In this document: positions 39,729 through 54,340 of the stretch, in pieces
Layout of the letters: the number at the start of each line of letters is the position of its first letter
Numbering within the stretch: position 1 is the first letter of the stretch
Origin: an uncultured Acidobacteriota bacterium
Lineage (GTDB): Bacteria > Acidobacteriota > UBA6911 > RPQK01 > CBDAPI01
DNA length: 64,000 bases
Assembly (NCBI GenBank): GCA_964565865.1
Contig: CAZMGM010000003.1
Location: 6,572-70,571 of the forward strand
Direction: 5' to 3'
Position numbers and translations under genes: made by a program
Notes under the pieces: generated by a model
What the model was told of the DNA's origin: nothing
The model's input: only the letters and a program-made list of their open reading frames with translations
Databases searched by the model: none

Positions 39729-41093
39729 TCAGTAGAAAAGCCACTGGAGCACTCCAATCGTATTCAAAAAGACCAGCAGGATTATCACGGGACAGAAGAA
39801 CCTGATGAATGCGGGCCAAAGCCGTCCAAAGGGGCCCATCAGCGTACCCGTCCGCCCTTTTTCCAGTTCCCGAAGGGCTGGTTCGGTTCGCCACACGAAC
39901 CCTAGGAACAGGCAGATCATCAGGCCGCCTACCGGAAGTCCCACATTCAGGAATATATTGACCAGGGTTCCGATCCAGCTGGGGTCGTAGGCTACAAACA
40001 AGGAGAGCGCTGCGCCCAATAGCCCAGTTCCAACCGCAGCCTGCCGCCGGCTGATTCCCCACTCATCGACTAGGTAGGAAACCGGGACTTCAAGCAGTGA
40101 AATGGTTGAAGTCAGAGCCGCTATGCTCAAAAGGATGAAGAAAAAGAATCCGAGCGGTATTCCCACCAGACCCATTGTGTGGAAGAGGTTGGGAAGAGTG
40201 TCGAAGACAAGACCCGTGCTGGAGATGAGATTTCCTTCATCATCGAAGATCGGGATCCCGGCACGCTGGGCCACAAACATGGCCGGAATAATTAGGAATC
40301 CGGCTAGGAACGCGATCGAGATGTCGGCTCCTGTGACGAATGCGGCGGCCCGCGGTATGTTGTGTTTTCGGTTCAGGTAAGAGCCGTAGGTGATAAGAGT
40401 ACCGATGCCCAGGGAAAGGGAGAAGAAGGCCTGTCCCATAGCGCTTAAAACGAGTTTGGGGTTGATCTTAGACAGGTCAGGCTGCAGGTAAAGGGCCAGT
40501 CCCTGACGGGCTCCATCCTGGGAAATGACAAATAAGATCATGGTCATGAGAATCACGACCAGAACCGGCATCATGGTCTTTGCCGCTTTCTCAATTCCCG
40601 AACTGACTCCCCCGGCGACAATTGAAACGGTAGCCACCATGAAAAGGCACGAAAACAAAGCGTTCTTGGGGCCGTGCGAGAGATCGGCTAGCACCTGACT
40701 CAGACCTGTGGCTCCAGCTGTGTGGGTGATTTCCTCGAACACATATCCTAAGGTCCAACCGGCGATCACGTTGTAAAAGGCATGAATTCCAACTCCACAC
40801 AGAACCCCCCAGAAACCGATCAGGGGATAAACTTTGCTGCCCGGAACCAGGCTCCGAAAAGCACCGACAGGATTTTTTCCTGTGTGCCTTCCAATCGTCA
40901 GCTCCGCGACCATCAGAGGATAGCCGAGTGTGAAACAGCAGAGCAGATAGACGAGCAGGAATGCGGCCCCTCCGTTAGAGGCGACCTGGTTTGGGAACGC
41001 CCAAATATTACCCAGTCCGACCGCCGAACCGGCCGCCGCCAATATGAATCCAATTTTTGAGTCCCAGGTCCCTCGGTGGGTTGAAGCGTGCAC
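39729..41093 (-). CDS. Sodium-dependent transporter, SNF (neurotransmitter:sodium symporter) family
   Basis: NSS signature GFILAAAGSAVGLGNIWAFP and about 11-12 TM segments. GTG start at 41093 chosen to avoid a 120-nt overlap with accC. Confidence 0.8.
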   Translation of the reverse strand: MHASTHRGTWDSKIGFILAAAGSAVGLGNIWAFPNQVASNGGAAFLLVYLLCCFTLGYPLMVAELTIGRHTGKNPVGAFRSLVPGSKVYPLIGFWGVLCGVGIHAFYNVIAGWTLGYVFEEITHTAGATGLSQVLADLSHGPKNALFSCLFMVATVSIVAGGVSSGIEKAAKTMMPVLVVILMTMILFVISQDGARQGLALYLQPDLSKINPKLVLSAMGQAFFSLSLGIGTLITYGSYLNRKHNIPRAAAFVTGADISIAFLAGFLIIPAMFVAQRAGIPIFDDEGNLISSTGLVFDTLPNLFHTMGLVGIPLGFFFFILLSIAALTSTISLLEVPVSYLVDEWGISRRQAAVGTGLLGAALSLFVAYDPSWIGTLVNIFLNVGLPVGGLMICLFLGFVWRTEPALRELEKGRTGTLMGPFGRLWPAFIRFFCPVIILLVFLNTIGVLQWLFY

Positions 41094-41109
41094 TCTCGAT
41101 ATCTCTTGG

Positions 41110-42468
41110 TCAGAGTCCTTTTTCCACCTTGTCAAACTCGAAGCTCTCCAGGAATGCGGTGGAGAGAAGGCCTGCCTGGAAGTCCGGGTCTTGGAGGATT
41201 CTTTTGTGCAGCGGAATTGTGGTCTCGACACCCTCGATCATGAACATGTCGAGGGCCCTCTCCATTCGGCGGATCGCTTCTGCCCGGTCTGCCCCGTAGG
41301 AGATGAGCTTGGCGATCATTGAGTCGTAGTATGGAGTTACGGTCATTCCCGCGTAGGCCATAGAGTCGACGCGGATTCCCGGTCCTCCGGGCGGGTGATA
41401 AGCGGTGATTTGACCTGGCGAAGGCCTGAGGGTATAAGGGGACTCAGCGTTGATCCGACACTCGATACTGTGTCCACGAAGCCGGATGTCCTGCTGCTGG
41501 ATGGACAGTGTTTCTCCTGCGGCAATTCGTATCTGTTCCTTGACCAGATCCATCCCGGTCACTTTCTCCGTCACCGGATGTTCTACCTGGATCCGGGTGT
41601 TCATCTCGATGAAGAAGTAGTCGCCCTGCTCATCGAAAAGAAATTCGACCGTCCCGGCATTCAGGTAGTTGATCGATGACACGGCCTGGCTGATCAACTG
41701 CCCAAGAGCCTCGCGCATCTCCGGCTTAATCAGGGGACTCGGGGACTCTTCGAGGAGTTTCTGGTGGCGACGCTGAATGGAGCACTCCCTTTCGCCCAAG
41801 TGGAGCACGGTTCCGTTCTGATCGGCCATTATCTGGAACTCGATGTGGCGGGGACGTTCTAGGTAGCGTTCCAGGTAGATGTCTTCGTTACCGAAGGCAT
41901 TTTCCGCCTCCACCCGGGCGTTCGCAATAGCATCCTCAACCTGCTCGGGCTTCTCTACGATGCGCATGCCGCGGCCACCTCCGCCGGCTGAGGCCTTTAC
42001 GATGAGGGGAAAACCAACAGAAGCGGCGGCCTCCCGTATTTCCTCCCCTGAGTCGCCCACGACCCCTGTTCCCGGAATGATGGGCAACCCTGCCCGGGCC
42101 ATGGTTTCACGGGCCTTTGCCTTGTTTCCCATGAGGGCGATGGAGTCGGCATGTGGTCCGATGAAGGTAATTCCGCAGGTCTCGCAGACCTCTGCAAAGT
42201 CTGAGCTTTCGGCCAGATATCCATACCCAGGATGGATCGCTTCCACATCCGTGATTTCTGCAGCACTGATGATACTGGGGACGTTCAGGTAGCTTTCCAG
42301 ACTGGGGGCCGGACCGATGCAGACAGCTTGGTCCGCGAAGCGAACGTGCAGGGAGTCACGGTCCGGTTCGGAGTAGACGGCGACGGTGGGAATACGTAGT
42401 TCCTTGCAGGCGCAGATGATGCGAAGGGCGATCTCACCACGATTCGCTACCAGGATCTTCTTGAACAT
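41110..42468 (-). CDS. accC: Acetyl-CoA carboxylase, biotin carboxylase subunit
   Basis: Starts [17 protein letters not shown]-grasp domain and biotin carboxylase C-domain. Confidence 0.95.
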   Translation of the reverse strand: MFKKILVANRGEIALRIICACKELRIPTVAVYSEPDRDSLHVRFADQAVCIGPAPSLESYLNVPSIISAAEITDVEAIHPGYGYLAESSDFAEVCETCGITFIGPHADSIALMGNKAKARETMARAGLPIIPGTGVVGDSGEEIREAAASVGFPLIVKASAGGGGRGMRIVEKPEQVEDAIANARVEAENAFGNEDIYLERYLERPRHIEFQIMADQNGTVLHLGERECSIQRRHQKLLEESPSPLIKPEMREALGQLISQAVSSINYLNAGTVEFLFDEQGDYFFIEMNTRIQVEHPVTEKVTGMDLVKEQIRIAAGETLSIQQQDIRLRGHSIECRINAESPYTLRPSPGQITAYHPPGGPGIRVDSMAYAGMTVTPYYDSMIAKLISYGADRAEAIRRMERALDMFMIEGVETTIPLHKRILQDPDFQAGLLSTAFLESFEFDKVEKGL

Positions 42469-42469
42469 C

Positions 42470-42937
42470 TCACTGGGAGGATAGTCGGATCTCGAAGAGG
42501 ACTTCTCCGAATTCGACGGGCTGACCGTTCTCGACCAGAATCCGAACCAGTTCCCCTTCTATATCAGATTCGATCTGGTTGAAGATCTTCATCGCTTCAA
42601 TGATGCAAACAACCTGCCCGGGTTCAATTTGACTGCCCACCTCCACTAGGGACTCGGCATCCGGTTTGGGAGTGAGATAGAAGGTTCCCACTATGGGAGC
42701 CGTAAACAAATGAAGTTGCTCGTCTGGCCTTTCGTCGGCCTCCGCCTGGCCTGCCTCGACTGATCCCGAAGCTATCGGGTCTACAGCGGGAAGGGCCACC
42801 TCCCGGGTTGCCGTGGAAAGCGGTCCACCGCTCGGCTTTCGAATGCGGATTCGGGTGCCCTGTCGTTCCAGCTCAAACTCTTCGACCTGAGACCTTTCGA
42901 TGAGCCGGAGCAGTTCCTCAATTTCCTCAATCTGCAT
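42470..42937 (-). CDS. accB: Acetyl-CoA carboxylase biotin carboxyl carrier protein
   Basis: Biotinyl-lysine motif EAMKI near the C-terminus and a Pro/Ala-rich linker. Confidence 0.9.
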   Translation of the reverse strand: MQIEEIEELLRLIERSQVEEFELERQGTRIRIRKPSGGPLSTATREVALPAVDPIASGSVEAGQAEADERPDEQLHLFTAPIVGTFYLTPKPDAESLVEVGSQIEPGQVVCIIEAMKIFNQIESDIEGELVRILVENGQPVEFGEVLFEIRLSSQ

Positions 42938-43039
42938 CCCTATTACCTGCTTTTATGAGACTCGCCATTGTGGGTGCTGTAACGGTATTAGTCAATGTTC
43001 TTGTGAGGAGAAGCGGCTCCGGAACACGCTTCTATGGAG

Positions 43040-44107
43040 CTACTGCGAGGAATCGATTCGCAGAACTTCGCAGCCTGAATCGGTGACGATGACCGCATCC
43101 TCCCAGCGGACTCCGTAGCGGCCCGGCAGGTAGATTCCCGGTTCCACGGTAAAAACCATTCCTGCCTCAAGAACTGTCTCGGAAGTGGAACTGATGCGGG
43201 GCAGCTCGTGTATCTCCAGCCCCAGCCCATGGCCCAGACTGTGTCCGAAATATTCCCCGTAACCTCGGGCCGCGATGTATTCTCGGCCTAGGGCATCCAC
43301 GGCCGAGGCAAGCTTCCCGGGGCGGATTCCGGCAATTGCCCGGATCTGGGCCTCCTGCACGATCTCAAGGATCTCCGGCTCGGCGTCCGGGGGCCTCCAG
43401 AGCACCCGGGTCGTATCACTGTGGAAGCCGTCTTTGACGGCCCCGAAGTCGATCAGCAAAAGTGAGGAATCGTCGATGGTAGCAGGCCCGGATCTGGCAT
43501 GGGGCAGGGAGGATCGGGACCCGGAGGCGATGATGGTGTCAAAGGCAGTGCCCTCAGCCCCCGCCAGTCGAAGTTCGTATTCCAGCCGCCCTGCCAGATC
43601 ACGTTCTTTCCCTTTCCAGTCAAATCCTTTAAAAACTTTCCCGTAGGCGCGACGAGCCACCTCAAAAGCCCGGCGAATGCCCTCTTGCTCCTTCTCACTC
43701 TTGATCTGTCTGAGGCGTTCGATGACTTCCGAAGTGGCCACTAGCGATGCCCCAGGCATTGCAGATTCCAAATCTGTGACCGAACTATAGGGGAGGTGAT
43801 CGCTCTCGAACCCAAGGTGCGACCCGTTTGTGGGAAACAGCTCCCTCAGCAGCTCCTTCAAAGCCTGTATAGGGGTGCCGGAGGCCAGCTTTACCCGGCA
43901 GTTAACCGCATCTTGGTGGGCCGTTTCGATGTACCTCGAGTCCACCAGCAGGATCGTTTCACTCTCCCGCGTGACGGCGAAACCAAGGCTGGCATCGAGG
44001 TTGAACAGGTAGCGCAGATTAGCCGGTTTCGAGGTTAGAAACCCGTCTAACTGGTTTTCTGCAACCGCTCTTAGAAAACGACGGTAGCTTAACTGGAAGT
44101 CGTTCAC
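43040..44107 (-). CDS. Xaa-Pro aminopeptidase / M24-family peptidase
   Basis: Creatinase-like N-domain plus an M24 pita-bread domain with metal ligands (HGLGHGLGLEIHE). Confidence 0.85.
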   Translation of the reverse strand: MNDFQLSYRRFLRAVAENQLDGFLTSKPANLRYLFNLDASLGFAVTRESETILLVDSRYIETAHQDAVNCRVKLASGTPIQALKELLRELFPTNGSHLGFESDHLPYSSVTDLESAMPGASLVATSEVIERLRQIKSEKEQEGIRRAFEVARRAYGKVFKGFDWKGKERDLAGRLEYELRLAGAEGTAFDTIIASGSRSSLPHARSGPATIDDSSLLLIDFGAVKDGFHSDTTRVLWRPPDAEPEILEIVQEAQIRAIAGIRPGKLASAVDALGREYIAARGYGEYFGHSLGHGLGLEIHELPRISSTSETVLEAGMVFTVEPGIYLPGRYGVRWEDAVIVTDSGCEVLRIDSSQ

Positions 44108-44867
44108 GCGAGAATCTTATAAAGAGACCATCGACTCTGTCCTCTCTTTTCTGCGGAGGCCTGACAGTTCCTTCTCGAGAACCAAAACCCTCCACTGGAC
44201 ATCCACCTGTTGGGTTCTTATCAGTTTAATTCTGGAAATCTCGAACCGAGTGTCTCCGAGTTTCTGCGGGAAACTGGCGGCACAGTTCCGCGCGGGCGCA
44301 ACGAATCCGACCCACAACCACAGTGACACGAATTATGGATAGTGACAATGCAAGTTTGTACAAGCAAATATTAGTGGGTGCCACTGGCTTCCAGCCTGCC
44401 TGTCAATTCGAACTGCCAGGCCGAGGATTCCTGATCCCTGAAGCTTCTGTCGATCTCCAAGGCGATAAGGACTCAGCGGTACCTGCAGACACTGCAGAAG
44501 AGTTTTCAGACCCGCCCCGCCTCCCGGGAACGCTCCTCAATCATCAGCACGGCCGAGTCCAGGGCCACCCCGGTCAGCCAGACGCCCCGGGCCACTAGCA
44601 GTTGTCGGAATCGGCTCGTTACCGGAGCGGATAACGACAAATTTAGACTCCCGGATGGGAGCTTCGAAACCACCTTTGTCCGGTTGGGCTGGTTCTCTCT
44701 CTTCTCGTTTCGAGCTTTCCGGGGGGTGCTTCAATCCTGCACGGGAGAAACGCGGGATGACGTATTGGAAAGCTCTCAGTGGTCTGTCTTAATTAATGCC
44801 GAAAGGGTAGAAAAGTGCGCGTTTGAAAGGGTCCGTTTCTGAACCGAAAACAGGGCCCGCGTTTATC

Positions 44868-44902
44868 TTGACACTAGATCCGGCGCTCCTGTATGTTTGG
44901 CG
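44868..44902 (+). promoter_or_regulatory. Putative sigma70 promoter of the rplM-rpsI operon
   Basis: TTGACA, 18 nt spacer, then TATGTT, about 30 nt upstream of the rplM ATG. Confidence 0.4.
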
Positions 44903-44933
44903 TTTGCTTGTTCTCGTTGTAGGGGATGGGGAG

Positions 44934-45362
44934 ATGAAGACGTTTGTTCCGAAGTTGAAGGACATAGCGCGAGACTGGTATCTGTGTGACGCAGATGGGA
45001 AGGTCCTGGGGCGCCTCGCCTCTCAGATCGCTCTCATCCTAATGGGCAAACATAAGCCGACCTATACCAGTTTTTTGGATTGTGGAGATTTCGTGGTTGT
45101 GGTCAACGCAAAAAAGATCAAGCTGACCGGAAACAAAATGTCAGATAAGATCTATTACCGACACAGCGGCCATCCTGGCGGCCTGAAACAAGTGAGTGCC
45201 GGAGAGATGTTGGATAAGTATCCCGAGCGCCTGATCCGTTTCGCGGTCAAGGGGATGCTTCCCAAGAACAAGCTTGGCCGCAAAATGCTTTTAAAGTTGA
45301 AGGTCTACCCGGGGCCTGAACACCCACATCAGGCTCAGCTACCGAAAACAGTGACCCTCTAG
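44934..45362 (+). CDS. rplM: 50S ribosomal protein L13
   Basis: [42 protein letters not shown]…. Confidence 0.95.
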   Translation: MKTFVPKLKDIARDWYLCDADGKVLGRLASQIALILMGKHKPTYTSFLDCGDFVVVVNAKKIKLTGNKMSDKIYYRHSGHPGGLKQVSAGEMLDKYPERLIRFAVKGMLPKNKLGRKMLLKLKVYPGPEHPHQAQLPKTVTL

Positions 45363-45372
45363 GAATTCGTTT

Positions 45373-45765
45373 GTGGATAAAGTTCAGTATTACGGAACTG
45401 GAAAAAGGAAGACATCGACTGCCCGGGTGTTTCTCATGCCCGGGACCGGGCAGTTTGTGGTAAACCATGCCGACTATCAGGATTATTTTACCAACCTCAC
45501 GCAGCAGGCTACAGTCACCTCTCCTCTGCAATCGACAGGGCTGCTGGAGAAATTTGACGTCTACGTCAATGTGAAGGGAGGTGGAGTCTCCGGCCAGGCA
45601 GGTGCCATCCGGATGGGTCTGTCCAGGGCGCTGTTGGGGTTCGATGCCGAACTCCGGCCCCAGTTAAAGAAATCCGGCTTTTTGCGCAGGGATCCTCGCA
45701 TGAAGGAGCGAAAGAAGTACGGACAACCTGGAGCCAGGAAGCGGTTTCAGTTCTCCAAACGCTAG
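45373..45765 (+). CDS. rpsI: 30S ribosomal protein S9
   Basis: S9 C-terminal [17 protein letters not shown]. Confidence 0.95.
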   Translation: MDKVQYYGTGKRKTSTARVFLMPGTGQFVVNHADYQDYFTNLTQQATVTSPLQSTGLLEKFDVYVNVKGGGVSGQAGAIRMGLSRALLGFDAELRPQLKKSGFLRRDPRMKERKKYGQPGARKRFQFSKR

Positions 45766-45779
45766 ATCCGGAGGATTTC

Positions 45780-47051
45780 TTGTCAGCCATTTCAATCAAA
45801 GAGCTCCTCGATGCGGGGGTTCATTTCGGCCACCAGAAACGCCGGTGGAATCCCAAGATGCGCGACTACATCTTCGGGGAGCGAAACGGCATTTACATCA
45901 TCGACCTGCAGAAGACCCTGCGGCTATTCAGGGAGGCGATCGAATTTGTCTCCGATATCTCGGCAAGCGGACGGTCCATCCTGTTTGTGGGCACCAAGAG
46001 ACAAGCCCAGGAGACGGTGGAAGAGGAAGCGACGCGCTGTGGGATGTTTTTTGTAACCAACCGCTGGCTGGGTGGCCTGCTTACCAACTTTCTCACAATA
46101 AGCAACAGCTTGAAGCGCTACGAGGAACTTGAGCAGATGAAGACCGACGGTTTTCATCAGAAGTTCTCCAAGAAGGAATCGGCACGGCTGGAGCGAGAAC
46201 GCAAGAAACTGGAGAAAAACCTTCGCGGGATCCGGGAGATGGACCGTCTCCCTGGAGCTCTGTTCGTGGTTGATACGGAAAAGGAGTCGATTGCTATCAA
46301 AGAAGCGAGCCGGCTGGGAATCCCCGTCGTTGCGCTGGTGGACACGAACTGCGATCCCACGCCCGTCGACTATGTGATTCCCGCCAACGACGATGCGCTG
46401 AGATCGGTCCGTCTCATTACTTCGACGATTGCCGACGCGATTAGGGTGGGTCGTGCGATCTACGATTCGAAGGTGGAGGCAGACCTGAAGGCTCTCGAGG
46501 AGAGGAAGGCTCGAGAAGCAGCGGCCCGAGAAGCGGCTCGCAAAGCCAAGGAAGAGGCTGCAGCAGCCGCTGAAGAAGAAAAGGCCCGAGTTGAGGACCA
46601 GGCTGCCCCTAAGTCGGAAACGAAGGGGACAGCGGCCGAGACCCCGGCTGAAGATGCAGCCCCGGACCCCGCAGGTGGTGAAGAAGCCCCGCAAAGCGCT
46701 ACTCAAGCGGATGCCCCGTTGGAGGAAAAAGCTGCGACAGAGAAACCGCGGCCGGTAGAGCAAGCAGTAGGTGTAACAGAAGAAGCGATGGCTCAGCCGG
46801 AAGCGACTCCAGAAGACGTCGTGAATGGCGCCCACGATCAGGAAGAGCCAGTAACGGCCACAGAGGCTCCCGCCAAGAAGCCAGCCAGGGCCAAGAAGAA
46901 GTCGTTGCGAGCATCTACTCCTGCCGCTAAGAAAACCGCCAAAAAGGTTGGCAAACGCAAGCCACCTCGGAAGGTCAAAGAGTCCACCGAGTCGGACTCG
47001 GAGGCAGCGATCGAGGTGGCGGAGACCGCCTCGGAAGTTTCGAAGAAGTAG
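45780..47051 (+). CDS. rpsB: 30S ribosomal protein S2 with a ~170-aa low-complexity (Ala/Glu/Lys/Pro-rich) C-terminal extension
   Basis: A canonical S2 core occupies the first ~250 aa ([19 protein letters not shown]…). The tail is charged (…[25 protein letters not shown]…KKPARAKKK…). Confidence 0.9.
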   Translation: MSAISIKELLDAGVHFGHQKRRWNPKMRDYIFGERNGIYIIDLQKTLRLFREAIEFVSDISASGRSILFVGTKRQAQETVEEEATRCGMFFVTNRWLGGLLTNFLTISNSLKRYEELEQMKTDGFHQKFSKKESARLERERKKLEKNLRGIREMDRLPGALFVVDTEKESIAIKEASRLGIPVVALVDTNCDPTPVDYVIPANDDALRSVRLITSTIADAIRVGRAIYDSKVEADLKALEERKAREAAAREAARKAKEEAAAAAEEEKARVEDQAAPKSETKGTAAETPAEDAAPDPAGGEEAPQSATQADAPLEEKAATEKPRPVEQAVGVTEEAMAQPEATPEDVVNGAHDQEEPVTATEAPAKKPARAKKKSLRASTPAAKKTAKKVGKRKPPRKVKESTESDSEAAIEVAETASEVSKK

Positions 47052-47213
47052 CCCACACGAGTACTGTACGTTTCAGTCTTCAGGGAAATCGTAGGGACGA
47101 CCCCGGTGGTTGCCCCGCCGTGGAGAGACTGGTCCCTACGATCTACCCTTCGATAGATGAAAGTCAGGAAGAGTCTAATCTCCAAATTCCAGTGAAAATC
47201 GGAGGATGCAAAG

Positions 47214-47807
47214 ATGGAGATAGGTGCCCAGCAAGTCAAAGAACTGCGTGAGAAAACCAGCGCTGGAATGATGGACTGTAAAAATGCGCTGATGGAAGCG
47301 GAAGGAGACATGGAAAGGGCGATCCAGATTCTGCGCGAAAAGGGGATTGCCGCGGCCTCCAAGAAGGCGGCCAGAGTGGTTCGGGAGGGTCTTGTAGGCC
47401 ACTATGTTCATACGGGTGGGAAGCTCGGGGTTCTAGTCGAAATCAACTGCGAGACGGATTTCGTGGCCCGCACCGACGATTTCCAGGGACTGGTGCGAGA
47501 CGTGGCTATGCACATTGCCGCCTCGAGTCCCGGCTACACACGATCAGAGGAAATCCCGGAAGAGGAAATTCGGAAGGAAAGTGAGATCTATCGAAAGCAG
47601 GCTCAGAAGGAAGGGAAGCCGGACCACATCGCCGACAAAATTGTTGAAGGACGCCTGAAGAAATATTATTCTGAGGTCTGCCTGTATGAACAGGCCTACG
47701 TAAGAGATCCGGACATTACGGTAGAAGAGCTCATTAGATCGATGATCGTGAAGCTTGGGGAGAATATCCTCGTACGCCGTTTCGCCCGCTTCAAGATAGG
47801 AGAGTAG
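47214..47807 (+). CDS. tsf: Elongation factor Ts (short form)
   Basis: UBA-like N-terminus ([19 protein letters not shown]) and one dimerisation domain; 197 aa. Confidence 0.9.
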   Translation: MEIGAQQVKELREKTSAGMMDCKNALMEAEGDMERAIQILREKGIAAASKKAARVVREGLVGHYVHTGGKLGVLVEINCETDFVARTDDFQGLVRDVAMHIAASSPGYTRSEEIPEEEIRKESEIYRKQAQKEGKPDHIADKIVEGRLKKYYSEVCLYEQAYVRDPDITVEELIRSMIVKLGENILVRRFARFKIGE

Positions 47808-47856
47808 CGAACCTGCGCATCGTCTCGGGTGGCTCCTCTTCGGAGACTTCATAAAT

Positions 47857-48624
47857 ATGCCAGCCGACGCGGTCAAGGAGAAAGATTCTCAACAACCCCG
47901 TCCTGTTTTTGCCAAACCCAAGTTCAAACGCATCATCATGAAGCTGAGTGGTGAAGCACTCATAGGGTCGCAGACCTTTGGCGTCGACCCGGCCATGATG
48001 GAGGCCGTAGCCCGCGAGATCCAGGAGGTGCACCAGCTTGGCGTGGAGATTGCCATCGTGGTCGGGGGCGGGAACATCATCCGGGGAGTCAACGTCAGCC
48101 AGGCCGGCTTTGATCGAGCTACGGGTGACTACATGGGAATGCTGGCCACCGTCATCAACGCCCTGGCTCTTCAGAACGCACTGGAGAAGAACGGCACATT
48201 CACACGGGTCTTGAGCGCCATCCATATGGCCGAGGTGGCGGAGCCGTTTATCCGCAGAAGAGCCATCCGTCACCTGGAGAAACGGCGGGTTGTGATCCTG
48301 GCAGCAGGGACAGGAAATCCTTATTTCTCGACCGACAGTGCGGCGGCCTTGCGTGCCATGGAAATCAAGGCCGACGTCATACTCAAGGGAACGAAGGTGG
48401 AAGGAGTCTACGATTCGGACCCGGATGTGAACTCCGAAGCACACTTTTACGAGCGGATCACCTACGACGAGGTTCTCAGTCAGAAACTTGCCATCATGGA
48501 TGCGGCAGCCATCTCCCTGTGCCGCGACAACAACCTCCCGATCATCGTGTTCAACCTGCGTAAGCGGGGCAACATCAAGGATGTTGTTCTGGGAGAGCGG
48601 GTTGGATCACTCATCGCCAATTAG
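47857..48624 (+). CDS. pyrH: UMP kinase
   Basis: Amino-acid-kinase-family motifs LKLSGEAL and [10 protein letters not shown]. Confidence 0.9.
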   Translation: MPADAVKEKDSQQPRPVFAKPKFKRIIMKLSGEALIGSQTFGVDPAMMEAVAREIQEVHQLGVEIAIVVGGGNIIRGVNVSQAGFDRATGDYMGMLATVINALALQNALEKNGTFTRVLSAIHMAEVAEPFIRRRAIRHLEKRRVVILAAGTGNPYFSTDSAAALRAMEIKADVILKGTKVEGVYDSDPDVNSEAHFYERITYDEVLSQKLAIMDAAAISLCRDNNLPIIVFNLRKRGNIKDVVLGERVGSLIAN

Positions 48625-48641
48625 GAAGCTGATAGGGAGCC

Positions 48642-49199
48642 ATGGTTTCGGAACTCATGAAGGCCACTCGTGGGCGGATGGGAAGGACCATCGAGGACTT
48701 GACCCGGAGCCTGTCCTCAATTCGGACGGGTCGAGCCTCGGTTCATTTGCTGGATCACATAGTCGTCAACTATTATGGGACGCAGACGCCTATCAACCAG
48801 CTTGCAACTCTCCACGTCCCTGAACCCAGCCTCATCACAGTGCAGCCCTGGGATGTTTCCCAGATCTCGGAAATCGAGAAGGCAATTATGGCTTCGGGCC
48901 TCGGTGTTAACCCGTCCAGCGACGGCCGACTGATCCACCTGCCGATTCCTCCCCTGACCCAGGAACGGCGACAGGAACTAGCGCGCCAGGTCAGCGGGAT
49001 TGCCGAAGACCACCGGACTGCAATTCGCAACATCAGGCGGGACGCGAATGATACGCTCAAGCAGGCGCTCAAGGAGAAAAAGATTTCTGAGGACGAAGAG
49101 TACAAAACTCTGGGGAAAGTGCAGAAAGTCACCGACGAATACGTGGGTCGGGTGGATGATCTGGCTGCCCAAAAGGAGAACGAGATCCTGGAGGTGTAA
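48642..49199 (+). CDS. frr: Ribosome recycling factor
   Basis: RRF fold, …IRTGRASVHLLDHIVVNYYGTQTPINQLA…. Confidence 0.95.
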   Translation: MVSELMKATRGRMGRTIEDLTRSLSSIRTGRASVHLLDHIVVNYYGTQTPINQLATLHVPEPSLITVQPWDVSQISEIEKAIMASGLGVNPSSDGRLIHLPIPPLTQERRQELARQVSGIAEDHRTAIRNIRRDANDTLKQALKEKKISEDEEYKTLGKVQKVTDEYVGRVDDLAAQKENEILEV

Positions 49200-49282
49200 C
49201 CGAAGCGGGCTGGGGCCAGAAATTCTGTTGAAATTGGAACCGAACCATTTCGTTTTTAGAGTGACTGGTTGTTCCTATTGTT

Positions 49283-49867
49283 ATGCAAAAACATGAATCC
49301 CGGCCACCCCACTTCCGCGAAGCGATCCAGCGCCATTCGGCTGGCGTTTTTTCTGCGGTGGCGGAACTGAAAAACTGGACTCGCGACATCTTCGTTGCCG
49401 CCTTGATGGCAATTCTGATCGTCATTTTCGTGATTCAGCCCGTTCGCGTCGAGGGCACCAGTATGCAGCCGAATCTGGTTGATCAGGAAAGAATTTTTGT
49501 TAACAAATTAGGCTACCATTTCAACGGCATAGAGCGGGGAGACGTCGTCGTGTTCTGGTATCCAAAGGACCGGGACAAGTCATTCATCAAACGAGTCGTG
49601 GGTCTCCCTGGAGAGACAGTCGAAGTACGGCAAGGCAGTGTTTACGTAGATGGCAGGTCCCTGAATGAGCGTTACGTCCTCTCGAAGTATGTGGACCGCT
49701 ATTCGTATCCTCCCAAGCGAGTGCCCTGGGACAGCTACTTCGTGATGGGCGACCACCGGAACTCCAGCAACGACAGTCGGCACTGGGGCTGTGTTCCGCT
49801 GGGTTCTATCTTCGGGAAGGCAGTTTTTCGCTACTGGCCGGTATCAAAGATGGGCCTGCTAGACTGA
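49283..49867 (+). CDS. lepB: Signal peptidase I
   Basis: S26 catalytic Ser in GTSMQPNL, Lys box in RVVGLPGE, and C-terminal [11 protein letters not shown]. Confidence 0.9.
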   Translation: MQKHESRPPHFREAIQRHSAGVFSAVAELKNWTRDIFVAALMAILIVIFVIQPVRVEGTSMQPNLVDQERIFVNKLGYHFNGIERGDVVVFWYPKDRDKSFIKRVVGLPGETVEVRQGSVYVDGRSLNERYVLSKYVDRYSYPPKRVPWDSYFVMGDHRNSSNDSRHWGCVPLGSIFGKAVFRYWPVSKMGLLD

Positions 49868-49901
49868 ACTCTTATTCCGATCGACCTGTTGGTTACTGGT
49901 T

Positions 49902-50990
49902 TTGAAAAGAAAAGCGATTCTCTACCTTGAAGATGGGACTCTGTACGAGGGAACCTCGTTTGGAGCGGCTGGCGAGTCCCTGGGCGAAGTGGTTTTCAAC
50001 ACGTCCATGACCGGCTACCAAGAAGTTCTTACCGATCCTTCGTACGCTGGTCAGATCGTTGTAATGACCCATCCTGAAATTGGAAACTACGGTACCAACG
50101 ACGAGGACCAAGAATCACGCCAGCCCTTTGTGGAGGGGTTTGTGGTGCGAGAGTGCAGCCGTGTATTCAGCAACTGGAGAGGGAAGTCAACTCTCGACTC
50201 TTATCTTGTCAGCCACTCCATTTCGGGAATCTCGGAAATCGACACTCGCTCGCTGGTCCGCCATATCCGTACCCGCGGAGCCATGCGAGGAATCATCTCG
50301 AACCAGGATTTCTCCCCGGAGAGTCTAAAGGAAAAGGTGCTGAAGCATCCATCCATGACAGGAAGCGACTATGTCCGTAACGTGACGGTCGGCCAGAGCT
50401 ATGAACAAAAAGCCGAGGGAGCCCGCTTCAAGGTGGTGGCTTATGATTTCGGGATCAAGACTAATATCCTCCGATGTCTCTCGCAGCGCGGTTGTGACGT
50501 AGTGGTTGTACCGGCACACACCCCCGGGCAGGATGTACTGTCACTGGATCCGGACGGAATTTTCCTGTCCAACGGGCCTGGGGATCCGGAACCATTGGAC
50601 TACATCGTCCGGGAGATCAGAACCGTGATCGCCCAAAAGCCGGTTTTTGGCATCTGCCTAGGACACCAGTTACTGGGGCTTGCCTTCGGCGGAAAGACCT
50701 TCAAGCTCAAGTTTGGCCATCGTGGTGGGAACCAGCCTGTACTCAATGAGGAAACAGGTCGCGTCGAGATTACCTGCCAGAACCATGGTTTTGCCGTGGA
50801 TCCGGAATCACTGGACACAGGAGAGATTGAATGCACCCACTTCAATCTTAATGACCAAACGCTGGAGGGACTGCGTCATCGATATCTTCCGGTGTTCTCG
50901 GTTCAGTATCATCCTGAAGCCTCACCTGGTCCTCGCGACTCTCTCTATCTGTTCGACGATTTTATAGAGTTAATGGAGCAGACATCGTGA
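49902..50990 (+). CDS. carA: Carbamoyl-phosphate synthase small (glutaminase) subunit
   Basis: CPSase small-subunit N-domain plus a class I glutamine amidotransferase domain (GICLGHQLL). TTG start. Confidence 0.9.
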   Translation: MKRKAILYLEDGTLYEGTSFGAAGESLGEVVFNTSMTGYQEVLTDPSYAGQIVVMTHPEIGNYGTNDEDQESRQPFVEGFVVRECSRVFSNWRGKSTLDSYLVSHSISGISEIDTRSLVRHIRTRGAMRGIISNQDFSPESLKEKVLKHPSMTGSDYVRNVTVGQSYEQKAEGARFKVVAYDFGIKTNILRCLSQRGCDVVVVPAHTPGQDVLSLDPDGIFLSNGPGDPEPLDYIVREIRTVIAQKPVFGICLGHQLLGLAFGGKTFKLKFGHRGGNQPVLNEETGRVEITCQNHGFAVDPESLDTGEIECTHFNLNDQTLEGLRHRYLPVFSVQYHPEASPGPRDSLYLFDDFIELMEQTS

Positions 50991-51035
50991 AGATAGCTGT
51001 GCAGCTACCCGGTTTCTAAACCCTTTTGGAAAGCT

Positions 51036-54281
<3,246 letters not shown>

Positions 54282-54340
54282 GAGAGAGTTCCACGTTCCA
54301 CCAACCTTCGATTTTCAACCAGAAACCATTAACCGTTAAC
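54282..54340. repeat. Heptanucleotide-repeat element, copy 3
   Basis: agagttccacgtt…aacc|ttcgattttc|aaccaga|aaccatt|aaccgtt|aact, with a 7-bp period. It shares the leader agagttccac with copy 4. Confidence 0.55.

Noticed and set aside
41879-42292. 137-aa plus-strand ORF inside accC
   Set aside because: Antisense to a highly conserved biotin carboxylase gene.
44108-44867. tmRNA, RNase P RNA or SRP RNA in the large spacer upstream of rplM
   Set aside because: I searched by eye for the tRNA-like 3' end with CCA, the GGAAAGUCCGG P4 motif and the SRP domain IV consensus, and found none. The spacer stays flagged for a covariance-model search.
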